Source of the DNA: the human T2T-CHM13v2.0 reference genome, Homo sapiens | Assembly (NCBI RefSeq): GCF_009914755.1 | Contig: NC_060927.1 | Length of the DNA stretch: 64,000 nt | Reading direction: 5' to 3' (one strand) | Shown: positions 1 to 14,300 of the stretch, in pieces | Numbering within the stretch: the first letter of the stretch is position 1 | Layout of the letters: each line of letters opens with the position of its first letter | The notes under the pieces: generated by a model | What the model saw: the letters and a program-made list of their open reading frames with translations, nothing else | What the model was told of the DNA's origin: nothing | Databases searched by the model: none | Translations under genes and position numbers: made by a program

Positions 1-3000
1 ATACTGTACATAATATATAAAAGAACCCCAACTATATATTATATACTGTACATGAAATATCAAAATACACAAACTATATATTATATACTGTACATAAAAT
101 AACAAAGTACCCAAGGTATATATTCTATACTGTACAAAAAATATCAAAGTACCCAAAGCATGTATTATATACTGTACATAAAATATGAAAGTACATCAAA
201 TATATATTATATTAGGTACGTAAAATATGAAAGTACATCAAATATAGATTATGTACCATACATAAAATATAAAGGAACCCCAAATATATATGATATACTG
301 TACATGAAATATCAAAGTTCACAAACTATATATTATATACTGTAGATAAAATATCAAAGTACCCAAGGTATATATTCTATACTGTACAAAAAATATCAAA
401 GTACCCAAAGCATGTATTATATACTGTACATAAAATATGAAAGTACATCAAATATATATTTTATTCTGTACATAAAATAACAAAGTACACCAGATGTATA
501 TTTTATAGTGTACATAAAATATCAAAGTACCCAAACTATACATTACATACTGTACATAAAATATGGAATTACATCAAATATATATTATATTAGGTACGTA
601 AAATATGAAAGTACATCAAATATAGATTATATACCATACATAAAATATAAAGGAACCCCAAATATATATGATATACTGTACATGAAATATCAAAGTTCAC
701 AAACTATATATTATATACTGTAGATAAAATATCAAAGTACCCAAGGTATATATTCTATACTGTACAAAAAATATCAAAGTACCCAAAGCATGTATTATAT
801 ACTGTACATAAAATATGAAAGTACATCAAATATATATTTTATTCCGTACATAAAATAACAAAGTACACCAGATATATATTTTATAGTGTACATAAAATAT
901 GAAATTACCCAAACTATACATTACATACTGTACATAAAATATGGAATTACATCAAATATATATTATATTAGGTACGTAAAATATGAAAGTACATCAAATA
1001 TAGATTATATACCATACATAAAATTTAAAGGAACCCCAAATATATATGATATACTGTACATGAAATATCAAAGTTCACAAACTGTATATTATATACAGTA
1101 GATAAAATATCAAAGTACCCAAAGTATATATTCTATACTGTACAAAAAATATCAAAGTACCCAAAGCATGTATTATATACTGTACATAAAATATGAAAGT
1201 ACATCAAATATATATTTTATTCTGTACATAAAATAATAAAGTACACCAGACATATATTTTATAGTGTACATAAAATATCAAAGTACCCAAACTATACATT
1301 ATATACTGTACATAAAATATGGAATTACATCAAATATATATTATATTAGGTACGTAAAATATGAAAGTACATCAAATATAGATTATATACCATACATAAA
1401 ATATAAAGGAACCCCAAATATATATGATATACTGTACATGAAATATCAAAGTTCACAAACTATATATTATATACTGTAGATAAAATATCAAAGTACCCAA
1501 GGTATATATTCTATACTGTAAAAAAAAATCAAAGTACCCAAACATGTATTATATACTGTACTTAAAATATGAAAGTACATCAAATATATATTTTATTCTG
1601 TACATAAAATAACAAAGTACACCAGATATATATTTTATAGTGTACATAAAATATGAAATTACCCAAACTATACATTAAATACTGTACATAAAATATGGAA
1701 TTACATCAAATATATATTATATTAGGTACGTAAAATATGAAAGTACATCAAATATAGATTAGATACCATACATAAAATATAAAGGAACCCCAAATATATA
1801 TGATATACTGTACATGAAATATCAAAGTTCACAAACTGTATATTATATACTGTAGATAAAATATCAAAGTACCGAAGGTATATATTCTATACTGTACAAA
1901 AAATATCAAAGTACCCAAAGCATGTATTATATACTGTACATAAAATATGAAAGTACATCAAATATATATTTTATTCTGTACATAAAATAACAAAGTACAC
2001 CAGATATATATTTTATAGTGTACATAAAATATGAAATTACCCAAACTATACATTACATACTGTACATAAAATATGGAATTACATCAAATATATATTATAT
2101 TAGGTACGTAAAATATGAAAGTACATCAAATATAGATTACATACCATACATAAAATATAAAGGATCCCAAAATATATATGATATTCTGTACATGAAATAT
2201 CAAAGTTCACAAACTATATATTATATACTGTAGATAAAATATCAAAGTACCCAAGGTATATATTCTATATTGTAAAAAAAATATCAAAGTACCCAAAGCA
2301 TGTATTATATACTGTACATAAAATATGAAAGCACATCAAATATATATTATATTAGGTACATAAAATATGAAAGTACATAAAATATAGATGATATACTGTA
2401 CATAAAATATCAAAGTAGCCCAAATATATATTATACAGTGTACATGAAATATCAAAATTTACAAAATATATATTATATAATGTACATAAAATATCAAAGT
2501 ACCCAAAGCAAGTATTATATACTGTACATAAAAGATGAAAGTACATCAAATATATATTTTATTCTGTACATAAAATATCAAAGTACACCAGATATATATT
2601 TTATAGTGTACATAAAATATCAAGGTACCCAAACTATACATTATATACTGTACATAAAATATGAAATTACATCAAATATATATTATATTAGGTACGTAAA
2701 ATATGAAAGTACATCAAATATAGATTATATACTGTACATAATATATAAAAGAACCCCAACTATATATTATATACTGTACATGAAATATCAAAATACACAA
2801 ACTATATATTATATACTGTACATAAAATATCAAAGTACCCAAGGTATATATTCTATACTGTACAAAAAATATCAAAGTACCCAAAGCATGTATTATATAC
2901 TGTACATAAAATATGAAAGTACATCAAATATATATTTTATTCTGTACATAAAATAACAAAGTACACCAGATATATATTTTATAGTGTACATAAAATATGA

Positions 3001-3200
3001 AATTACCCAAACTATACATTACATACTGTACATAAAATATGGAATTACATCAAATATATATTATATTAGGTACGTAAAATATGAAAGTACATCAAATATA
3101 GATTATATACCATACATAAAATATAAAGGAACCCCAAATATATATGATATACTGTACATGAAATATCAAAGTTCACAAACTATATATTATATACTGTACA
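1..3200 (+). repeat. HOR type-A domain 1
   Basis: Linked markers: m2 GGAATT, m3 TACGTA, CCATAC, m4 AAAGGAACC and TATGAT, m6 TGTAGATA, m9 AATAACAAA. Confidence 0.85.
511..888 (+). repeat. Example of one canonical 378-bp 9-mer higher-order repeat (m1-m9)
   Basis: Equivalent ORF starts at 508, 886 and 1264 are exactly 378 bp apart (9 x 42). Nine distinguishable monomers recur in a fixed order across the window. Confidence 0.96.
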
Positions 3201-6200
3201 TAAAATATCAATGTACCCAAGGTATATATTCAATAGTGTACAAAAAATATCAAAGTACCCAAAGCATGTATTATATACTGTACATAAAATATGAAAGTAC
3301 ATCAAATATATATTTTATTCTGTACACAAAATATCAAAGTACACGCAACATATATTCTATACTGTAGATAAAATATAAAAGTACCCAAACTATACATTAC
3401 ATCCTTTACATAAAAGATGAGATTACATCAAAAATATATTATATTAGGTACGTAAAATATGAAAGTACATCAAATATAGATTATATGCTGTACATAAAAT
3501 ACCAAAGTACCCCAAATATATATTTTATACTGTACATGAAATATCAAAGTTCTCAAACTATATATTATATACTGTACGTAAAATATCAAAGTACCCAAGG
3601 TATATATTCTATACTGTACCAAAAATATCAAAGTACCCAAAGCATGTATTATATGCTGTACATAAAATATGAAAGTACATCAAATATATATTTTATTCTG
3701 TACATAAAATATCAAAGTACACCAAATATATATTCTATACTGTACATAAAATATCAAAATACCCAAACTATACAGTATATACTGTACATAAAATATGAAA
3801 TTACATCAAATATATATTATATTAGGTACATAAAATATGAAAGTACATCAAATATAGATTATATACTGTACATAAAATATCAAAGTACCCAAATATATAT
3901 TATATACTGTACATGAAATATCAAAGTTCACAAACTATATATTATATACTGTACATAAAATATCAAAGTACCCAAGGTATATATTCTATACTGTACAAAA
4001 AATATCAAAGTACCCAAAGCATGTATTATATACTGTACATAAAATATGAAAGTACATCAAATATATATTTGATTCTGTACATAAAATAACAAAGTACACC
4101 AGATATATATTCTATAGTGTACATAAAATATCAAAGTACCCAAACTATACATTACATGCTGTACATAAAATATGAAATTATATCAAATATATATTATATT
4201 AGGAACATAAAATATGAAAGTACAACAAATATAGATTAACTGTACATAAAATATCAAAGAACCCCAAATATATATTATATACTGTACATGAGATATCAAA
4301 CTTCACAAACTATATATTATATAGTGTACATAAAATATCAAAGTACCCAAGGTATATATTCTATACTGTACAAAAAATATCAAAGTACCCAAAGCATGTA
4401 TTATATACTGTACATAAAAGATGAAAGTACATCAAATATATATTTTATTCTGTACATAAAATATCAAAGTACACCAGATATATATTTTATAGTGTACATA
4501 AAATATCAAAGTACCCAAACTATACATTATATACTGTACATAAAATATGAAATTACATCAAATATATATTATATTAGGTACATAAAATATGAAAGTACAT
4601 CAAATATAGATTATATACTGTACATAAAATTTAAAAGTACCCCAAATATATATTATATACTGTACATGAAATATCAAAACACACAAACTATATATTATAT
4701 ACTGTAGAAAAAATATCAAAGTACCCAAAGCAAGTATTATATACTGTACATAAAAGATGAAAGTACATCAAATATATATTTTATTCTGTACATAAAATAT
4801 CAAAGTACACCAGATATATATTTTATAGTGTACATAAAATATCAAGGTACCCAAACTATACATTATATACTGTACATAAAATATGAAATTACATCAAATA
4901 TATATTATATTAGGTACATAAAATATGAAAGTACATCAAATATAGATTATTAAGTGTACATAAAATATCAAAGAACCCCAAATATATATTATATACTGTA
5001 CATGAAATATCAAAGTTCACAAACTATATATTATATACTGTACATAAAATATCAAAGTACCCAAGGTATATATTCTATACTGTACAAAAAATATCAAAGT
5101 ACCCAAAGCATGTATTATATACTGTACATAAAATATGAAAGTACATCAAATATATATTTGATTCTGTACATAAAATAACAAATTACACCAGATATATATT
5201 TTATAGTGCACATAAAATATCAAAGTACCCAAACTGTACATTACATGCTGTACATAAAATATGAAATTACATCAAATATATATTATATTAGGAACATAAA
5301 ATATGAAAGTACATCAAATATAGATTATTAACTGTACATAAAATATCAAAGAACCACAAATATATATTATATACTGTACATGAGATATCAAACTTCACAA
5401 ACTATATATTATATACTGTACATAAAATATCAAAGTACCCAAGGTATATATTCTATACTGTACAAAAAATATCAAAGTACCCAAAGCATGTATTATATAC
5501 TGTACATAAAAGATGAAATACATCAAATATATATTTCATTCTGTACATAAAATATCAAAGTACACCAGATATATATTTTATAGTGTACATAATATATCAA
5601 AGTACCCAAACTATACATTATATACTGTACATAAAATATGAAATTACATCAAATATATATTATATTAGGTACGTAAAATATGAAAGTACATCAAATATAG
5701 ATTATATACTGTACATAAAATGTAAAAGTACCCCAAATATATATTATATACTGTACATCAAATATCAAAACACACAAACTATATATTATATACTGTAGAA
5801 AAAATATCAAAGTACCCAAAGCAAGTATTATATACTGTACATAAAAGATGAAAGTACATCAAATATATATTTTATTCTGTACATAAAATATCAAAGTACA
5901 CCAGATATATATTTTATAGTGTACATAAAATATCAAGGTACCCAAACTATACATTATATACTGTACATAAAATATGAAATTACATCAAATATATATTATA
6001 TTAGGTACATAAAATATGAAAGTACATCAAATATAGATTATTAAGTGTACATAAAATATCAAAGAACCCCAAATATATATTATATACTGTACATGAAATA
6101 TCAAAGTTCACAAACTATATATTATATACTGTACATAAAATATCAAAGTACCCAAGGTATATATTCTATACTGTACAAAAAATATCAAAGTACCCAAAGC

Positions 6201-9200
6201 ATGTATTATATACTGTACATAAAATATGAAAGTACATCAAATATATATTTGATTCTGTACATAAAATAACAAATTACACCAGATATATATTTTATAGTGC
6301 ACATAAAATATCAAAGTACCCAAACTGTACATTACATGCTGTACATAAAATATGAAATTACATCAAATATATATTATATTAGGAACATAAAATATGAAAG
6401 TACATCAAATATAGATTATTAACTGTACATAAAATATCAAAGAACCACAAATATATATTATATACTGTACATGAGATATCAAACTTCACAAACTATATAT
6501 TATATACTGTACATAAAATATCAAAGTACCCAAGGTATATATTCTATACTGTACAAAAAATATCAAAGTACCCAAAGCATGTATTATATACTGTACATAA
6601 AAGATGAAATACATCAAATATATATTTCATTCTGTACATAAAATATCAAAGTACACCAGATATATATTTTATAGTGTACATAATATATCAAAGTACCCAA
6701 ACTATACATTATATACTGTACATAAAATATGAAATTACATCAAATATATATTATATTAGGTACGTAAAATATGAAAGTACATCAAATATAGATTATATAC
6801 TGTACATAAAATGTAAAAGTACCCCAAATATATATTATATACTGTACATCAAATATCAAAACACACAAACTATATATTATATACTGTAGAAAAAATATCA
6901 AAGTATCCAAAGCAAGTATTATATACTGTACATAAAAGATGAAAGTACATCAAATATATATTTTATTCTGTACATAAAATATCAAAGTACACCAGATATA
7001 TATTTTATAGTGTACATAAAATATCAAGGTACCCAAAGTATACATTATATACTGTACATAAAATATGAAATTACATCAAATATATATTATATTAGGTACG
7101 TAAAATATGAAAGTACATCAAATATAGATTATATACTGTACATAAAATATAAAAGAACCCCAAATATATATTATATACTGTACATGAAATATCAAAATAC
7201 AGAAACTATATATTATATACTGTACATAAAATATCAAAGTACCCAAGGTAAAAATTCTATACTGTACAAAAAATATCAAAGTACCCAAAACATGTATTAT
7301 ATACTGTACATAAAATATGAAAGTATATCAAATACATATTTTATTGAGTACATAAAATAACAAAGTACACCAGATATATATTTTATAGTGTACATAAAAT
7401 ATCAAAGTACCCAACTATACATTACATACTGTACATAAAATATGAAATTACATCAAATATATATTATATTAGGAATATAAAATATGAAAGTATATCAAAT
7501 ATAGATTATATACTGTACATAAAAATCAAAGTACCCCAAATATATATTATATAGTGTACATGAAATATTAAAGTTCAGAAACTATATATTATATACTGTA
7601 CATAAAAGATGAAAGTACATAAAATATATATGTTATTCTGTACATAAAGTATCAAAGTTCGCCAGATATATATTTTATAGTGTACATAAAATATCAAATA
7701 CCGAAACTATACATTATATACTGTACATAAAATATGAAATTACATCAAATATATTATATTAGTTACCTAAAATATGAAAGTACATCAAATATAGATTATT
7801 AACTGTACATAAAATACCAACGTAACTCAAATATATATTTTATACTGTACATGGAATATCAAAGTTCACAAACTATATATTATATACTGTACGTAAAATA
7901 TCAAAGAACTCAAGGTATATATTCTATACTGTACAAATAATATCAAAGTACCCAAAGCATGTATTATATACTGTACATAAAATATGAAAGTACATCAAAT
8001 ATATATTTTATTCTGTACATAAGATATCAAAGTAAACCAAATATATATTCTATACTGTACATAAAATATCAAAGTACCCAAACTATACATTATATACTGT
8101 ACATAAAATATGAAATTACATCCAATATATATTATATTAGTTACATAAAATATGAAAGTACATCAAATATAGATTATATACTGTTCATAAAATACAAACG
8201 TACCCCAAATATATATTTTATACTGTACATGAAATATCAAAGTTCACAGACTATATATTATATACTGTACATAATATAACAAAGAACTCAAGGTATATAT
8301 TCTATACTGTACAAAAAATATATAAGCACCCAAAGCATGTATTATATACTGTACATAAAACATGAAAGTACATCAAATATATATTTTATTCTGTACATAA
8401 GATATCAAAATAAACAAAATATATATTCTCTACTCTACATAAAATATCAAATTACCCAAACTATATATTATGTACTGTACATAAAATATGAAATTACATA
8501 AATATATGTTATACTAGGTACATAAAATATGAAAGTACATCAAATATAGATTATATACTGTACATAAAATACCAAAGTACCCCAAATATATATTTTATAC
8601 TGTACATGAAATATCAAAGTTCACAAACTATATAGTATATACTGTACATAAAATAACAAAGTACCCAAGGTATATATTCTATACTGTACAAAAAATATCA
8701 AAGTACCCAAAGCATGTATTATATACTGTACATAAAATATGAAAGTACATCAAATATATATTTTATTCTGTACAAAAGATATCAAAGTAAACCAAATATA
8801 TATTCTATACTGTACATAAAATATAAAGTACCCAAACTATACATTATATACTGTACATAAAATATGAAATTACATAATAATATATTATATTAGGTACATA
8901 AAATATGAAAGTACATCAAATATAGATTATATACTGTACATAAAATATCAAAGTACCCCAAATATATATTATATACTGTACATGAAATATCAAAGTTCAC
9001 AAAATATATAGTATATACTGTACATAAAATATCAAAGTACCCAAGGTATATATTCTATACGGTACAAAAAATATCAAAGTACCCAAAGCATGTATTATAT
9101 ACTGTACATAAAATATGAAAGTACATCAAATATAGATTATATACTGTATATAAAATACCAAAGTACCCCAAATATATATTTTATACTGTACATGAAATAT

Positions 9201-11300
9201 CAAAGTTCACAAACTATATAGTATATACTGTACATAAAATATGAATATACCCAAGTTATATATTCTATACTGTACAAAAAATATCAAAGTACCCATAGCA
9301 TGTATTATATACTGTACATAAAATATGAAAGTACATCAAATATATACTTTATTCTGTACATAAAATATAAAAGTAAAACAAATATATATTCCATACTGTA
9401 CATAAAATATCAAAGTACCCATACTATACATTATATACTGTACATATAATATGAAATTACATCAAATATATATTATATTAGGTACATAAAATATGAAAGT
9501 ACATCAAATATAGATTATATACTGTACATAGAATACCAAAGTACCCCAAATATATATTTTATACTGTACATGAAATATCAAATTTCACAAAGTATATATT
9601 ATATACTCTACATAAAATATCAAAGTACCCAAGTCATATATTCTATGCTGTACAAAAAATATCAAGGTACCCAAATCATGTATTAAATACTGTACATGAA
9701 ATATGAAAGTACGTCAAATATATATTTTATTCTGTACATAAAATATCAAAGTACACCAAATATATATTCTACAGTGTACATAAAATATCAAAGTACCCAA
9801 ACTATACATTATATACTGTACATAAAATATGAAATTACATCAAATATATATTATATTAGGTACATAAAATACGAAAGTTCATTAAATATAGATTATATAC
9901 TGTACATAAAATATCAAAGTACCCCAAATATATATTATATTCTGTACATGAAATATCAAAGATCACAAACTATATATTATATACTGCACATAAAATATCA
10001 AAGTACCCAAGGTATATATTCTATACTGTACAAAAAATATCAAAGTACCCAAAGCATGTATTATATACTGTACATAAAAGATGAAAGTACATCAAATATA
10101 TATGTTATTCTGTACATAAAATATCAAAGTACACCAGATATATATTTTATAGTGTACATAAAATATCAAAGTACCCAAACTATACATTATATACTGTACA
10201 TAAAATATGAAATTACATCAAATATATATTATATTAGGTACATAAAATATGAAAGTACATCAAATATAGATTATTAACTGTACATAAAATATCAAAGAAC
10301 CCCAAATATATATTATATACTGTACATGAGATATCAAACTTCACACACTATATATTATATACTGTACATAAAACATCAAAGTACCCAAGGAATATATTCT
10401 ATACTGTACAAAAAATATCAAAGTACCCAAAGCATGTATTATATACTGTACATAAAAGATGAAAGTACATCAAATATATATTTTATTCTCTACATAAAAT
10501 ATCAAAGTACACCAAATATATATTCTATAGTGTACATAAAATATCAAAGTACCCAAACTATACATTCTATACTGTACATAAAATATGAAATTACATCAAA
10601 TATATATTATATTAGGTACATAAAATATGAAAGTACATCAAATATAGATTATATAATGTACATAAAATATCAAAGTACCCCAAATATATATTATATACTC
10701 TACATGAAATATCAAAGTTCACAAACTATATATTATATACTGTACACAAAATATCAAAGTACCCAAGGTATATATTCTATACTATACAAAAAATATCAAA
10801 GTACCCAAAGCATGTATTATATACTGAACATAAAATATGAAAGTAAATCAAATATATATTTATTCTGTACATAAAATATCGAAGTACACCAGATATATAT
10901 TCTGTACTGTACATAAAATAACAAAGTACACAAACTATAAATTATATACTGTACATAAAATATGAAATTACATGAAATATATTTTATATTAGGTACATAA
11001 AATATGAAAGTACATCAAATATAGATTATATACTGTACATTAAATACCAAAGTACCCCAAATATATATTTTATACTGTACATGAAATATCAAAGTTCACA
11101 AACTATATATTATATACTGTACATATAATATCAAAGTACCCATGGTATATATTCTATACTGTACAAAAAATAACAAAGTACCAAAAGCATGTATTATATA
11201 CTGTACCTAAAATATGAAAGTACATCAAATATATATTTTATTCTGTACATAAAATATCAAAGTACACCAGATATATATTCTATAGTGTACATAAAATATC
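3200..11300 (+). repeat. Divergent/heterogeneous HOR domain (type C), copy 1
   Basis: Lacks the A and B marker sets. Carries GATTATTAACTG, AGGAACATA, ATGAGATATCAAACTTC, AAGATATCAAAGTAAACC and many private SNVs and 1-3 bp indels, especially at 7250-9720. Confidence 0.75.
4669..6905 (+). repeat. Recent 1091-bp (26-monomer) tandem duplication
   Basis: Identical ORFs at 4954/6045 and 5583/6674 (offset 1091 = 336+378+377). Private variants are shared, including the 1-bp deletion GATGAAATACATC at ~5512 and ~6603. Confidence 0.92.
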
Positions 11301-14300
11301 AAAGTACCCAAAGTATACATTATATACTGTACATAAAATATGAAATTACATCAAATATATATTAGGTACATAAAATATGAAAGTACATCAAATATAGATT
11401 ATATACTGTACATAAAATATCAAAGTACCCCAAATATATATTATATACTCTACATAAAATATCAAAGTTCACAAACTATATATTATATACTGTACATAAA
11501 ATATCAAAGTACCCAAGGTATATATTCTATACTGTACAAAAAATATCAAAGTACCCAAAGCATGTATTATATACTGTACATAAAATATGAAAGTACATCA
11601 AATATATATTTTATTCTGTACATAAAATATCAAAGTACACCAGATATATATTCTATAGTGTACATAAAATAACAAAGTACAAAAACTATAAATTATATAC
11701 TGGACATAAAATATGAAATTACATCAAATATATATTAGGTACATAAAATATGAAAGTACATCAAATATAGATTATATACTGTACATAAAATATCAATGTA
11801 CCCCAAATATATATTTTATACTCTACATGAAATATCAAAGTTCACAAACCATATATTATATACTGTACATAAAATATCAAGGTACCCAAGGTATATATTC
11901 TATACTGTACAAAAAATATCAAAGTACCCAAAGCATTTATTATATACTGTACATAAAATATGAAAGTACATCAAATATATATTTTATTCTGCACATAAAA
12001 TATCAAAGTACACCAGATATATATTCTATAGTGTACATAAAATATCAAAGTACCCAAACTATACATTATATACTGTACATAAAATATGAAATTACATCAA
12101 ATATATATTAGGTACATAAAATATGAAAGTACATCAAATATAGATTATATACTGTACATAAAATATCAAAGTACCCCAAATATATATTATATACTCTACA
12201 TGAAATATCAAAGTTCACAAACTATATATTATATACTGTACACAAAATATCAAAGTACCCAAGGTATATATTCTATACTATACAAAAAATATCAAAGTAC
12301 CCAAAGCATGTATTATATACTGTACATAAAATATGAAAGTAAATCAAATATATATTTATTCTGTACATAAAATATCAAAGTACACCAGATATATATTCTG
12401 TAGTGTACATAAAATAACAAAGTACACAAACTATAAATTATATACTGTACATAAAATATGAAATTACATCAAATATATATTAGGTACATAAAATATGAAA
12501 GTACATCAAATATAGATTATATAGTGTACATAAAATATCAAAGTACCCCAAATATATATTATATACTCTACATGAAATATCAAAGTTCACAAACTATATA
12601 TTATATACTGTACATAAAATATGAAATTACATCAAATATATATTATATTAGGTACATAAAATATGAAAGTACATCAAATATAGATTATATACTGTACATT
12701 AAATACCAAAGTACCCCAAATATATATTTTATACTGTACATGAAATATCAAAGTTCACAAACTATATATTATATACTGTACATATAATATCAAAATACCC
12801 AAGGTATATATTCTATACTGTACAAAAAATAACAAAGTACCAAAAGCATGTATAATATACTGTACATAAAATATGAAAGTACATCAAATATATATTTTAT
12901 TCTGTACATAAAATATCAATGTACACCAGATATATATTCTATAGTGTACATAAAATATCAAAGTACCCAAACTATACATTATATACTGTAAATAAAATAT
13001 GAAATTACATCAAATGTATTTTATATTAGGTACATAAAATATGAAAGTACATCAAATATACATTATATACTGTACATTAAATACCAAAGTACCCCAAATA
13101 TATATTTTATACTGTACATGAAATATCAAAGTTCACAAACTATATATTATATACTGTACATAAATTATCAAAGTACCCAAGCTGTATATTCTATACTGCA
13201 CAAAAAATATCAAAGTACCCAAAGCATGTATTATATACTGTACATAAAATATGAAAGTACATCAAATATATATTTTATTCTGTACATAAAATATCAAAGT
13301 ACACCAGATATATATTCTATAGTGTACATAAAATATCAAAGTACCCAAACTATACATTGTATACTATACATAAATATGAGATTACATCAAATATATATTA
13401 TATTAGGTACATAAAATATGAAAGTACATCAAATATAGATTATATACTGTACATAAAATATCAATGTACCCCAAATATATATTTTATACTCTACATGAAA
13501 TATCAAAGTTCACAAACTATATATTATATACTGTACATAAAATACCAAAGTACCCAAGGTATATATTCCATATTGTAAAAAAAATATCAAAGTACCCAAA
13601 GCATGTATTATATACTGTATATAAAATATGAAAATACATTAAATATATATTTTATTCTGTTCATAAAATATCAAAGTACACCAGATATATATTCTATAGT
13701 GTACATAAAATAACAAAGTACACAAACTATAAATTATATACTGTACGTAAAATATGAAATTACATCAAATATATATTAGGTACATAAAATATGAAAGTAC
13801 ATCAAATATAGATTATATACTGTACATAAAATATCAATGTACCCCAAATATATATTTTATACTCTACATGAAATATCAAAGTTCACAAACCATATATTAT
13901 ATACTGTACATAAAATATCAAGGTACCCAAGGTATATATTCTATACTGTACAAAAAATATCAAAGTACCCAAAGCATTTATTATATACTGTACATAAAAT
14001 ACGAAAGTACATCAAATATATATTTTATTCTGTACATAAAATATCAAAGTACACCAGATATATATTCTATAGTGTACATAAAATATCAAAGTACCCAAAC
14101 TATACATTATATACTGTACATAAAATATGAAATTACATCAAATATATATTATATTAGGTACATAAAATATGAAAGTACATCAAATATAGATTATATACTG
14201 TACATAAAATAACAAAGTACCCCAAATATATTTTATATACTCTACATGAAATATCAAAGTTCACACACTATATATTATATACTGTACAAAAAATATCAAA

